A DNA stretch of 64,000 nt from Octopus sinensis (Eukaryota). The DNA lies in assembly GCF_006345805.1 (NCBI RefSeq), contig NW_021832437.1, positions 2,461 through 66,460 of the forward strand, in the 5' to 3' direction. Under the pieces are notes generated by a model that saw nothing but the letters and a program-made list of their open reading frames with translations, was not told the DNA's origin and did no database searches. Every line of letters begins with the position of its first letter. Position 1 is the first letter of the stretch. Below are positions 25,379 to 38,899 of the stretch, in pieces. Made by a program: the position numbers and the translations under genes.

Positions 25379-27396
25379 TGTATGTATGTATGTATGTATG
25401 TATGTATGTATGTATGTATGTAGTATGTATGTATGTATGTATCCCACAGGCGCACAAAAAAATACCTGCACGTGTGCGCCAATATGTTCTTATATAGCTT
25501 TAAAATTAAGCGGTCTACAACTTGCCGAGAACTACTATGTTTCCCAACCGACCAGAAACATTACCTCCCTCTCCTTCCCCCACTCCTAACAAATTCTTAA
25601 TTGACACAACACCTACATCTTCTTTGTCTTTGACTCTGTTTAAAAGTATTTACTGGTTGCCACAATATATTTACTTATATATTCTACAGTAGATCCCAGC
25701 ATATATTTACAAATATATTCCCCTAGATAGCTTCAAAAATACCAAAGTTTCCCCCTACTCGTCCCCTCACATTTTCATATTCTTATTCTTTTCCTTAACA
25801 AAGTTAAATATTTACCCCCTCCCATATATTACTTCTTCACAGATATGCCTTCCCTTTTCTTCCCAATTTCTATGCTTTCCACGCATTTTCGATCGAATCT
25901 GTTGCAAGTCAACATGAGATCCCTTGACGAAAATGTTAACTTCTTTTGATTAATGTATCTTTGGCCCGACAGCTACCTAGCACACTACCCCTCGTTTAGA
26001 AAATTACTACTTCCGAAGTTCTGATAGCTATGAAACATATATAGCTTGGATTTTATCAGCTCTGTTCCCTAGGATAAAAACAAAAGACGAAGACAGGTGA
26101 AGGAACAAGCACCTGTATTAGTTTAACGCTCGGGAAGAATGGAAAAGTGTTTGATTTTCAGAGCCTATACTCTTCGACAGGATGGATTAAGAGAGAAAAA
26201 AAAAAGACAGTGAGATAATGAAAAGATAGAGAGAGAAAAAATATGTAGGAAGTAACGCAGTGATTGTCAACTTTGTTTTTCCCAGTGGCACACCATGGAA
26301 CACACGAAAAAATAGCGGTACACCTGGCTAAACATATATGAAAAATATTTGAAGTTTGCAAAATAAAAACATGATAAGTTATAGACGGCATACAACAGTA
26401 GACATAGACTAGCCATAGACACATAGAATGATTCAAACTAAATAGAGAAAAATACAAACATGAACTTACTTTATTGCAGTGTTTCGAATTTCATTTGTCA
26501 AATAGCTGGCTTCTTTAGTGAGTAATTTGTACCTGGCTTTTATTCGTAATTTCCTCAATGTCTGGTCGAATATGATACAGACACACCCTCATTTCTTGTT
26601 CTGTTGTATGTAATCTCTCATGCTTATTGCTTTTGATGTTTTTTAATGCTGAGAAGACTAATTCACATACATAAGAAGTTGAAAATTGTAATAAAATTGC
26701 TAAAGCTCTTTTACATACTCCCCTTGAATTGAAATCCAAAACGAATCAATGGGCAGAGTCGAATATTTTAATTCTAACCCGTGGTCACAAGAAAAGATGG
26801 CCAATTCTTCTTCCTGTGACTCAAGCTCAATGCTGGAAGAATTCTTTATGAAAAGATCCAATCGTACTTTTCTGTCTTTAATGACGGAAAGTAATTGTTG
26901 ATGCTTTCGTCCAGGGCTCTCAGATGAGTAACCACAATAGGGATAATTTCATAGGGATCAATGCAGTTAGAACGCAATAAAGGAAACATATCAAGACTAC
27001 CAGTGATTGCTTTTTTTTTCCAAATCACAATTTTCTTTTTGAGAATAACTAGCTTGTCTGTTGAAGTGAGAATATTTTCGTTTTTACCTTGCATACTGCT
27101 ATGTTTGTTTTGCTTAGTTCACTAAATATCTATGTTAGGTATTCCATTTTAGACATCCTAAATTCGCAACTAAGATATTCACAAACTTTCTCCTGCTTTT
27201 CCTGGAGAAAAAATTGGTAGTAATTCCTTGTGCAGTTCGTGAACACGATTTAGTACTTTGCTTTTCGCCAGCCAGCGAATCTCAATGTGCATTAATAACA
27301 TAACATACTGAGGATCCTTTGCACAGTTGTTCAAATAATCGTGACTTCAATGGCCTACATTTTATACAATTGACCATTCCAACAACTTGATGTAAC

Positions 27397-27647
27397 CAGT
27401 GGCGGACTGGGTCTAAAAATATTGGTTGCCAGGGGACTAAGGGGGCTCAGCCGCAACTACAGTGCTATCGCTTAATTTATTTTGTTAAAAGTATTCTTTT
27501 CAACTGTCTATAAACACAGCCAGGTTCAAATAATTGATTCATTCTTCCAGGAATGAATTAAAAATTCACTTAGATACTATATGAATTCTAATGGCGCAGG
27601 GTTCCGCTTATATTTGGCAAGCTGGTAACGTGGCCAGTCCGCCACTG
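27397..27647. mobile_element. 251-bp hAT-type MITE with 14-bp TIR and 8-bp TSD, nested in the transposase
   Basis: TIRs CAGTGGCGGACTGG / CCAGTCCGCCACTG; TSD GATGTAAC at 27389-27396 and 27648-27655; removing it restores DLKVVLHQVVGMVNCIK. Confidence 0.95.
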
Positions 27648-28472
27648 GATGTAACACAACCTTTAAATCTTCCTTCAATATTTTTGAAACAAGAACTTCT
27701 CTATGTAGAAAGCAATTAGTACGAATGAGATCTGGATCTTCTTTTTCCACGAAAGATACAAATCCTTTAATACAGCCTGTCATACATGGGGCTCCAACGG
27801 TACAAATGCCAACACAGGATCTCCAAGACAACTTCATTTCTTTGAGGTAGCCTGTTATCAAATCAAAAATATCTTGACCTCTTGCAGTTGTAGACATTTC
27901 TTTACATCACAAAAAATGATTATTTCATTCTCGTCAATAAAACGTACAAATGCAAGCAATTGACTGTTATTACTGATGCCAGTGGTTTCATCCACGGTTA
28001 AAGCAAAATTAGAATCCTTAAGCTTTTTCTGAACATTGTCTTCAATAATTTTCGATATATCTAAGATTCTTTTACGTATTGTATCATTTGAAAGCTGGAT
28101 ATTGTTCAATTCCTTCTCAGCCTTTTCACCAAACATGGATTTTACCATCTTTTTACAAGCTAGGAGGATGACTGACTTAGCAAGCGTGTGGGATTTAGAT
28201 GTTAATGCCACCTGAATTGACGCTAGCTGGGCTCGTTCATACACGGTCATTATTTTTTCAAAATAACTTCGCCGGTTTGATTTCTGCTCTAACAGTTTTT
28301 GAAAAATAATCAAGTTTTTCATCTTTCAGCAATGAATGTTTTGAATTAAAATGTCTTTCTAACTTACTTGGTACTATGGATTCATTTGACATTGTTTCAC
28401 CGCATACTACACATGATGGACTTGGTTTGTCAATGACACCAGACCAATAAAATTCAAATTTCAAATAATTTT

Positions 28473-28606
28473 CGCCGAGGTCGACTTTGCCTTTCATCCT
28501 TTCGGGGTCGATAAATTAAGTACCAGTTGCGTACTAGGTTCGATCTAATCGTCTGGCCCCCTCCCCCCAAATTTCGGGGCTTGTACATAGAGTAGAAAAG
28601 AATATT
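28473..28606 (+). mobile_element. 5'-truncated tRNA-derived SINE inserted in the transposase N-terminus
   Basis: gtcgactttgcctttcatcctttcggggtcgataaattaagtacc central domain plus 3' end. Confidence 0.88.
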
Positions 28607-29064
28607 GTCGATTAAGGTTCATCTTTTTTATACAATAGAGGTTGTTGGTTGTTCACCTCTGTACTTAGACTCATCACTGATATCTTTCCTTTTCAAATAT
28701 TTATCCATTGTGAAGGCTCATGAAATATCAATATGACAGTTTTGGGTAGGATTGTCTATATTGGGATAACAGAGTCTTTCGGTTCCACAAAACCTTCTCT
28801 TTCGAGTACAAACACAACAAAACAATAAAAATATGTCTTCCTACCTAAAATTGATGTTTTATGAGACCATGTCTAGCTGGAAATCAATTTTCGATGTAGT
28901 CCGCTATTGATCATTGAGCGCGTTGTGCACCTATTCCACGACGTCAAACTTAGGGTCGATCATTTCTACAAATAATAGACTTAAACTCAGGACATAATAA
29001 TGAAATGAATGGTTCCGTGAAAAAAGTCGTAACTGTTGTTCCCTGAACGCCTGCCCTTTAGATA

Positions 29065-29780
29065 GTCAGTGCTCACGCAATAATGTAGTGTATAAATGTG
29101 AGGTAAGCACTCTAAAAGAGCCTAAAAAAGAGTATATTAGGAGTACCACGATTTTCAAGTATAGGTATAGAGCGCATATAAATTCATTTATAAATACTGG
29201 GTCAAAAATCTCAGCTGCCTCGGCCCATTTATATTAACAAATAAAAGAATAGCAATAAAACATACACCTTAAAATGGTCAATTATAGGTGAGTATATTCT
29301 ATATAATACTCACACAAAAGCAGTAAATTAAGCTTAAAGGAAGCTGTTAATATATTAAGAACTGACAAGAAATTATTGCTTAATATGATCTCTGAGGTTT
29401 TGATCTCCTGCCGACACAATCTTCTTTCAATTTTTAAATTGTTTTCAGTTTAATAAAAAAATATATATGCTGATTAGGTTTCCCTGTCTAGTTTTTGACT
29501 TACACTGAATGTTATTCTTGCATATGACTTAGAATAGCTATATAAGATTTCTTCCGTCTTTAGTAGTCATACGATATGAAAGTTTATTTTATGCTTAGGC
29601 ACTCCGGATTTTTGAGATTTTTATACTTATTTACAATTTTTACATCACTGTTTGAAACTCGAAACTTTAAACATTTGAAACTCTTTTATAATTACGAATC
29701 TCTGATGAAGGAAATGTGATTACCGAAGCTGAAAAGATGAATCTACCTTTTTGCACGTTCCTTGAAACGGCCGTAAGATG
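29065..29780 (+). mobile_element. Penelope-like element 3' fragment (GIY-YIG and terminal repeat)
   Basis: NVVYKCEV..EYIRSTTIFKYRYRAHINSF..LLLNMISEVLISCRH; hammerhead motif downstream. Confidence 0.75.
29698..29779 (+). ncRNA. Type-I hammerhead ribozyme motif, intact core, ACGGCCGT palindromic stem III
   Basis: ATCT-CTGATGA-AGGAA-[~44 nt]-TTCCT-T-GAA-ACGGCCGT-A-AGAT. Confidence 0.65.
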
Positions 29781-30009
29781 TTTTTCTTATTATTTGATTC
29801 ATTCGAGGACTTCCTTTCAAATCACTGTTATCTTATCCGGTATATGTATATGGACGCTGTCATCCAACCTTGATTTTGATTGGGATTTTATGGAGAAATA
29901 TATACGGAATAATAAATATATATATATTGTTATAGTACCGGCTTGAATATGTTTTGGTTTTGACCAGGAATAACTTGATACGTGAATCTGCCTTCTCTTT
30001 ATTGAATTT

Positions 30010-30052
<43 letters not shown>

Positions 30053-30129
30053 AGAGATACAACGTTTTTGCAGCTCCATAGTCCTTGTCATAGTCTTTGT
30101 TCAAGATCATTCCCTGTAGTTTAACCACT

Positions 30130-31460
30130 ACCCCACTCTTTCATCCTGTATTCACACCCGTCGTATCAGCAATAATCATTGGGTTTGCGCCTCATGAGTA
30201 CAGCTTTTTGTTCTCAGCATTGTACCATTGACCGTGAACTTTGGTTATGGTTCATCGATGACGTCATTTTTGTCTGGGAAGGATCGCAGGATACTTTAAT
30301 TGACTTCTTGCATTTCTGTGACTGTTATGCTAAAAACTATATTTACGTCCAGTTTTTCAAAAACTAACGTTGAATTTTTGGACACAAAAGTTAAGTTTTC
30401 TGGAAGCACAATAATGACATAGTTATTTTGTTAGGCCACGTCATCCGACATTTATCTCTGCCGCCGCTCCGATCATCCACATCAAATTATTCAGTCATAT
30501 CCAAAATCCCAATTTTTTAGGATAAAACGGAGGGGATTACTGGAAACATGCTTTTGTACTTCATGTCAAACGAGGTTACAGTAAATCATGATTAAAGGAA
30601 ATAGCAAATGAAATAGCTAAGATTACAAAAGATAGGCAAACCTTCAGGTATAATTTTAGCAAGCGCAATACAATAGATGACAGAATTCCTTTAGTGATTA
30701 ACTGTCACGAAAATTTCGCTGGCATTTCAAAAGTGTTGCATGAAAGTTACCAGCATGTGGCGAAAAATTATCCTCGTTTCAAACAGATATTTTCTCACCC
30801 GCCTATTGTCGCCTTTAGACGGAATAAGAATATAAGAGAATTATTGAACTCTATTTCTGACTCCAAAGTGTATCTGTACGCTGTACCTTGAAAAACAGCC
30901 GCAAAAGAGGTAAGCCCTCTTTATTGTGCGACATGAGTCAAGTGGATATTATTTATACAGAAGGTGGGACAAGTAGAGATTCCCATTTGGTGTACGTGGC
31001 AGAATGCACGAAACACAACTTGATTTATGTTTGTTGTACAAATGAACAATTGAACAAAAGATTTAATAGGCACAAATATGACGCCAGGCACAATAACAGT
31101 AGTTCAACAGAACTTGCCGAACATTTTGCTTTAAACGTCTGCAATTTTGAAAAAAAACTTGAAAGTGCATATTCTCAGAAAATATTCTGAATCTGCTTCA
31201 CTTTCACTTTTCAAAATGCATGAGGAGAAATATGTTTGCGGGTTATTAACACCACGTCCTGGAGGAATGAATAAAATGATAGGAGAATATCATCAAATTT
31301 ATACAGAACTGATTCATAAAATATCCTTCTTTCTTTTCCTTTATTTTTTTTCTTTCTTCTTTCTCTCTTTTTCTCTCTTTTTCTGTCTTTTTCTGTCTTT
31401 TTCTTTTTGCCTGTTATGAAATTGAAACTTAAAGACTGATGATGCCATTCCATCAAGGTG
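30130..31460 (+). mobile_element. Penelope-like element, decayed RT and GIY-YIG
   Basis: WFIDDVIFVW, EFLDTKV, DHPHQIIQSYPKSQFFRI, PPIVAFRRNKN, LVYVAEC..YV..T..LNKRFNRH, PGGMN. Confidence 0.85.
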
Positions 31461-31684
31461 TGGACGCTGGTTGCTCCCGTTCATACTTTAAATTAAATTT
31501 CTGTAATTCTGAATTTTTATCACCTCTTATTTCGAACTCGACAAAGACAGACTTACTGTCGAAATATCGTTGAACCAATAAAATATCAATTACAACTGAA
31601 TCATGCTGTTCGTCTTGACTGTTTACCTTTGTGACGAGTTATGGCATTCCTTTTAAAATATTATTACTATTGTTATTATTATTA

Positions 31685-31743
<59 letters not shown>

Positions 31744-31784
31744 TATTATTATTATTATTATTATTATTGTTGTTGTTGTTGTTG

Positions 31785-31822
<38 letters not shown>

Positions 31823-32957
31823 GCCTTTGCGCAGCTTCTAACATTGGAGATGTACTACAATGTCAGCTGTTCACTATCAGTGAACACAGGTAACACCTCT
31901 TATCTTTCCAGCACCTTCCCGAGTATTCGAATGGTTGCAAGCAGTGCTGTTATCTGCAAGCAATACTGTTATCTGCAAGTGCTCCACCCTTACTGCAGCC
32001 CCTATTTGTTCCACTGCTACCTTTTTCCTCGACCACAACTGCTTAACTTCCCAAGCTAACCTGTCATATCTCTCGACTTTTCTTTCTTCATTATCGCATA
32101 ACTTATTGTCAGACGAGCATGCTATATCTATGATCCAGCATAGTTTGTTTTCTTTCTCAATTACGACTATGTCCGGTTTCCTATTCTCTATCTCATGGTC
32201 ACACTGAATCCTAAAATCCCATAGAATCATTGCATTTCTATTTTCGACGATGCCTTCGGGTTCCTGGTCGTACCAATTTTTTGCTTTGTCAAGTCTATAC
32301 TTGTTGCAGAGTGTCCAATGGACAAGCCTGGCTAGTGGCGTCTCTTATATTCATTCTATGCTAGTGGCGTACATATGCCATACGGTTTCACCGTTTTGTC
32401 CACAGATTCTGCACTTATCACTTTCTGCTGTGTTATCTATTCTGTATTTTATGTTATTTGTTCTTAGTGTTTGCTCTTGGGCAGCACAGATTAGAGCCCC
32501 CGTTTCCGGTTTTAAATTACTTTTAGTCATCCACAGCCATTTTTCTCTGTCTGTCTTATCTTCAAAATCCCTATGAAATTGACCATGCATTTTTTTCTTT
32601 ACCCACCTATTTTCAGTTTCATGCGTTTTCAATTTCTTGTATTGTGCTTTCATCCTACACAAGCCTGACCTTCTTTTATAATAGCTGTTCTGTGGCATTT
32701 TCTACATACCATGCTATGTTGTTTTCTTCTGCTCAATCCTGTGTTCGTATCCAGTAAGTACTCTTCCCACTCTTTTCTTGGTACATACAGTCTGTCTGTG
32801 TCACTTTTTGGTTGGAGTGACCCATATTTAGTTAGCAACTTCCTTGTCTTTATGTCAAAGCCGTATAGTTCGTCTATTGTCCATGCGATTACCCCTGCTC
32901 CATATCTAAGGAGTGAAACCGCCCAGTTGTTGATAGATTCGATCTTATTCCGTCCAT
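31823..32957 (-). mobile_element. R4/Dong lineage D, 5'-truncated
   Basis: DRLYVPRK, LKPETGALICAAQEQ, CRIC, ILWDFRIQCD..KPDIVVI; 3' end gcaaaggc then (AAT)n; (AAT)n also at the 5' junction. Confidence 0.9.
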
Positions 32958-32985
32958 ATTATTATTATTATTATTATTATTATCA

Positions 32986-33078
<93 letters not shown>

Positions 33079-35986
33079 CAGTAGTTTTATTTTTATAGCG
33101 TGCTTTCACTTCACTACCGAGCGCAGCTCTGTGTGCCTTGGGTATGTCCTGTGATTTGTTGTGATGTTCTGATGGTTATAGTATGGAAAGTGTTCTGCGT
33201 AGGATGTGTGCAGTGCCTAGTAGTGCAATTTTCTGTATGTTATATGTGTTTGTAAGTCCTGGTGTTTTGTTATTTATTTGTCTGAATATTTTTTATCATG
33301 CCTAATGTACCTACTATGATAGGAATTGTTTCTGTTTTTAGATTCCACATTATGGTTACCTCTATTTCCAGGTATTTGTATTTTGAAAGTTTCTCCATTT
33401 CTTTTAGAGACACGTTGTCATCTGCTGGTATTGATACATCAATTAGAAAATATCTTTTTCTTCATGATCTCTGACAACTATATCTGGTCTGTTGGCCTTA
33501 ATTTCTCTATCTGTGTGTATCGGCATATCCCAGAGTATGGTTGCTTTCTCGTTTTCTGTGACCTTTTCTGGTGTGTGCCTATACCATCTTTTTTCTGTTG
33601 TTATTCCATAATGTTGGCATAGCTTCCCGTGTATGTAGGTTCCAACTCTGTCATGTCTGTGAATATATTCCTTCTTAGCCAGGACTGGGCAGCTAGAGAT
33701 AATATGATTTATTGTTCCTTGTCCATCTCCACATATTCTGCAGTTACTTGTAATATTTCTTTTCATTGCATGTTTTTGGTAATTTCTGGTGGTCTTGTGC
33801 TGCAATTAAAAATCCCTCTGTCTCTGCTTTGAGTCCTGAGCTTCTCAACCATTGCTGGGATTTTTCTTTGTCTATTTCTTTTGCATTTAGTTTAGTCCAG
33901 TATTTATCATGAAGGGGTTTTTCTTGCTATCGTTTTATCATGGTTCTTTGCTGTTCTAGTTTTAGTTAGGATTTCATTTGTTTTATAGCTCTTCTTCTTC
34001 TTCTTCTTCTTCTTCTTCTTCTTCTTCTTCTTCTTCTTCTTCTTCTTCTTCTTCTTCTTCTTCTTCTTCTTCTTCTTCTTCTTCTTCTTCTTCTTCTTCT
34101 TCTTCTTCTTCTTCATATTTGTTGGGTGGTATGATTTCTTGTTTGTATTTGTTAGCTTCCTTAAATACTGAGAACAGTTTTTTGATTTGCTCGTGTTTTG
34201 CCGCTATTTGTATCAGTTTTCCTTCCTTCTGAAGTAGATATTTTTGCAGTCCTATGGTGGTTATTTTATATTAGTTTTCCAGCTGTATACGACATCTACC
34301 ATATATACGTTGTATATATAGTCTTTCTATGTCAGATTTTGGGTGATGCATCCTAGATCCTGTCATTATTTTTCTTGTTTTCTTATCTATTTTGGTCAGT
34401 TCATTTAGTGTCCAGTTAAGGATATTGTAGCTTTAACTTATAACTGGGACAGCTAAAGTGTTAATACCTATTATCTTGTTTTTAGCATTGAGCTCTGTTT
34501 TTAGTATTGATCTAACTCGTCTATAATATTCTTTTTTATTTTCTCTTTCATTTGTGTGTGTTGTGTCTTATCTAGTTCATGGATTCCTAAGTATTTGTAA
34601 GTTTGGCTTTGGTCTAATTCTTTTATTTCATTGGTTTTATCTAGTGTGATGTTGCTACTCTTGACTAGTTTTCCTCCTTTCATGGTTACTTTGGCGCATT
34701 TTTCTAATCCAAATTTCATATCTATTTCTTTGGTAAATCCATGAACTGTCTTTAATAGTGTTTCCAGCTGTTTGTCATTTGCAGCGTATAGTTTTAGGTT
34801 ATCCATATATAAAAGGTGGCTGATCGTTTTGCCGTAACATTTATATCCGCATCCAGTTCTATTTAGCATATCAGATAGAAGTGACAGTGCCAAGCTGAAA
34901 AGGAGTGGATGGAGCGTGTCTCCTTGGAATATTCCTCTTCTAATGGGGATGGCTTTGGTTTTCATGAGTCCCTCTTTTGTTTGGAGCTGTAGCACTGCTT
35001 GCCATTTATTCATAGAGTGTCCTATGAATTTTATAATTATTGTTGCTACTTTGTTAATGGCTAGTGTTTCGAGGATCCATGTGTGGGGGATGCTATCAAA
35101 CACCTTTTTGTAGTCAATCCAGGCCATACTGAGGCCTTTCTTCTTTCTGTGGCTGTCTTCAGTTATGGCTTTATTGATCATTAGTTGATTTTTACAGCCA
35201 TATGAGCCTTTGCGGCATCCTTTCTGCTCTTCTGGAAACAGGTTGTTTTCGTCCAGGTGCTTGTTCAACCTTTGCGATATCACTGCAGTAAATGCCTTGT
35301 ACATTGTATGGAGACCGGTTATAGGTCTGTAGTTTTCTGGTTTTGCTGTCTCATTTGATTTGGGAATTAAGATGGTTTTCCCCTTCGTGAGCCATTCAGG
35401 CATTGTCTCTGGCTCTGCTAGTATGTTGTTAAAATTTTCAGCCAGCTTTTTGTGCATTCCTGTTAGATATTTCAACCAGAAGTTGGGGATCTTGTCATGC
35501 CCAGGTGCCTTCCAGTTGCTTAGTCTTTGCAGTGCCTGGGTGACCTCTTCAGTTGTTATGGGGGTCCAAAGTTGTTCAGATGCTGAATTTGTTGTTTTAA
35601 TACTCCTTTTTTTTGGTTGTTCGTTCGCCGACCATATTTCTCTCCAGAATTCTTCTGTCGTTGTGCTGCAGTGATTTCTATTTTATTTTCGCCAAGTTCT
35701 TGGTAGAACTTTTTGGGGTTGGAGTTGAACTTTTTGTTTTGTTCAAAGAAACGTTGGCGTTTCTAATACCGGCGGATCCTTTGTGCTCTGGCAAGGATAT
35801 CTTGCTTCAGCTTTTCTTTTATCTCAGGTAAATCTTTTTCTGTGATGTTGTATTTGCGGAGTATTTTTGTTTTCTTTTTGTTGCTCAGTAGCGTTGATTG
35901 TCTACTGGTTTCATTAAGAATCGACAGATCTTTTCTCATTTTTTGTATTTTGTTTTGGATGTTATTTATCCACAGGGTTTGTTTGG
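33079..35986 (-). mobile_element. R4/Dong lineage A, 5'-truncated copy with full RT and an internal (GAA)n expansion
   Basis: Reverse complement of ~2100-4944; ORF 35475-34501 encodes RT; same 3' UTR; tail in 32958-33078. Confidence 0.95.
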
Positions 35987-36090
35987 ATAAATCCCATTGA
36001 TATATATTTAAAATAATATAAATGAATTAATCTTATGTATTGGCTTAAGTTTTTCATTGTATGATTTGCCTAATAGTGGTTTTATATCTA

Positions 36091-36213
<123 letters not shown>

Positions 36214-36373
36214 CATATATATATATATATATATGTGTATGTGTGTGTGTGTATAGAAGGTTGAAAAGGAACACACAAGTTGAAATATATGAAAAAAAGT
36301 CAAGGTAGAAAATGTTAAAAAAAATTTTATAAATAATTTTATAAAATCATTTTAGCATTTTCTACCTTGATTT

Positions 36374-36416
<43 letters not shown>

Positions 36417-36427
36417 ATATATATAAT

Positions 36428-36477
<50 letters not shown>

Positions 36478-36534
36478 ATAATTTTTTATATATAAAAAAT
36501 AGAAAATGGGACAAGAACACAAAACATCCAGTTC

Positions 36535-36650
36535 TTTCTCTATTGGCAGAAATCTAGAAATAAACTGAATAATGACATACATACATACAAAAATATCCCG
36601 TTGATGTTGAAATTCCAATGAAGGAGCCTTGGATCTGGGTTAGAAATCGG
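36535..36650 (+). mobile_element. Lineage C 3' module in permuted order (end-ATAC-start)
   Basis: ctattggcag..ctgaataatgacatacatacatac followed by aaaaatatcccgttgatgttgaaattcc. Confidence 0.7.
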
Positions 36651-38129
36651 GTCAGCAGCAGTGGCGGTGCCAACGATGGCAATAACAACAACAACTACAA
36701 CTACCACAATGGTAACACCGTAGCTGACAGCATGTGGATAAAACCCCATAGTTAGGGAATGGAAAAGGTAAGATCCAGGCTACATATGTTTCATAGCTAG
36801 CAGAATCTCGGAAGTAGTAATTACTCAAAGCAAGGGTAATCCGCTAGCTACTCGTCGGGCCCAAGATACCTTAGTCAAATGAAGGTTACTTTGTCGTCAG
36901 GGGGTCCCATATTAACTCGTAGATTTGATGGTAAATGTGTGGAAAGTACAAAGTCGGAGAAGGAAAGGGAAAACGTATTTGATGAAATGATATGTGGGAG
37001 TAGTAAAAGTGGGAGTGTGTAAAAATCTGATTTGTTAAAGGAAATAATATATATATATGTGTGTGTCTTTGTGTATACAATGTTTCTACGCAAACAAACA
37101 AACAATGCAGACATGCACACAGGACACACATGCGCGCATAAATATATTGTCACTCCTCAACTTCATTATTCAGTTCGACATCGTAACTTCTGAATAGACT
37201 GGTCACACGAGAAAAAGGTAAGACTGTAATACTTCTCAAATTTTTATACCTTTTATAATTCGCTGTTATAAGAAATCATTGAAGACTAGTGGGACCCGTG
37301 AATATTTTACGGAAATAATGGTAAACCTATTGCGTTATTTCTGAAAAGTTTATCCAAAGAACCTGAAAGCATAGCCTGTGTTGTGTCTGTGTGGAAAGAT
37401 AGTTGCTCATCTGCCACTCTTTGAAATGTGTAAGAAATTGGAATACGATGATTACTTAATGCACTCAAAGTACTTTATGCACAATTTTATAGACTTGATA
37501 CACAGAACTCATAGAATAAATATTCATTCTTATATTTCCATTTTCTCCATAAGCAAAAAAAAAAAAAGAAAAAAAACCCCAAAAAAACACAAAAAACATG
37601 TATCTCTCATATGTGATAAAGCTTTTAGTTAAATTGCATATTTAGGCCACGTGAATAAAAATACACGCTTCATTATCCACGCTTTCTCTCGCCCTCTATG
37701 CTTTCTCCGCCTTTTTCCTTAATTGCCTGAAAGCTCTACCGACAGGCTAAGTAACGTAGTGACAAGCAGAATTGCTATAAGATTTTTTCGGATGCCAAAT
37801 GTAGACAGAATTACTTTTTTAATTATCGTCGTAGTATACAGTGATAAGAAGGTTAAACTTGCTTTACTTAGCTTAGATGACAATCTTTTGCTTTAAGAGA
37901 CGTATCCAAACTTTCCATCAGCTAACTTTACAATTTCAGTAACATACAAGAGACGGATTTGACGATTTGTCTTCCATTTTAACTTCTTTGTTTAACTGAT
38001 CTACGGAACTTGAAGGGCCGCAGATATCTTAATTTCCATACTGTATTATTATGTTGTCAAGTTGTGGTGGGGAGACAAACACGGCGCAAGCGCAAATACA
38101 CAAAGAAGTACACATAAATATGTATATAC

Positions 38130-38280
38130 AACGGGTTTCTTTCAGTTTCTGTCTACTGAATGCACTCACGGGGCTTTGATCGGCCCATAGCTAATGCAGA
38201 AGACATTTGCCCAAGGTGCCAAACTGTGGGAATGAACTCAAAACTATATTGCCAATAAGAAAGCTTCTTAACCACACACC
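38130..38280 (-). mobile_element. tRNA-derived CORE-like SINE, 5' part, diverged
   Basis: Homologous to 45135-45285 (tgcccaaggtgcc). Confidence 0.75.
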
Positions 38281-38899
38281 CACACAATACTTTTGATACT
38301 ATTAGGAAGTTTAAAGCTATTATGTGGTTTATATGAACCTGTTACTAGACACACATACACACACTTATACACACACAAACACACACACACACAGGTATAT
38401 TGCTAATATCGTGGGGGGTTAATGTGATTATAAGTATTAAAGATAAAAACGAAACGAATGTTGAAGTTTGAATGCACATTTCTGACATGTCACTCGCCGA
38501 ACAAGTATAACTGTTTGTGTGTATGGGGGTGAGAGAGAGAAGGAGTTTGTGTGTATTTGAGTGTATTATAATGCATTACGTTTGAACTTGTTTCGTACGT
38601 TTGTTACATGTTCCACTTTATATGAGTGTTTAAAACGTAGACAGCATAGTAGAATTCATAGTAAATTAAATGGAATGAATAAGCAAAATATTGGATCTTG
38701 AGAATATAAAAGATAAAAAAGTTTTACATTGAAATGAAATGAATGGTGTGGGGGTAGGGGGACGAAAAAAGTTTCAGGTGAGAAATATGATGTATCACAC
38801 ACCTCAGATGAATAAAATTTATGAATAATAAAAATACATATGCATGTATTTATATACAAACAGAAGCATATATTTATATGTTAATAATAATAACAATCG

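Larger units (their letters stand above)
26258..28708 (-). mobile_element. hAT DNA transposon (Charlie/Buster group), decayed transposase
   Basis: Start MDKYLKRK at 28708; BED-like CVVCGE..SKLERH; ALTVDETT..QLLAFVRF; CFLHREVL; FSTSYVCELVFSAL..HIRPDIE; terminal cagtgattgtcaac at 26258. The other end was not confidently found. Confidence 0.9.

Noticed and set aside
29010-29035. Second terminus of the hAT element
   Set aside because: Only a partial match to the 26258 end and no matching 8-bp TSD.
31430-31470. Hammerhead after the 30130 PLE, and similar remnants at 26160, 36860 and 54740
   Set aside because: GAAA or CTGA half-cores are mutated; at most decayed remnants.
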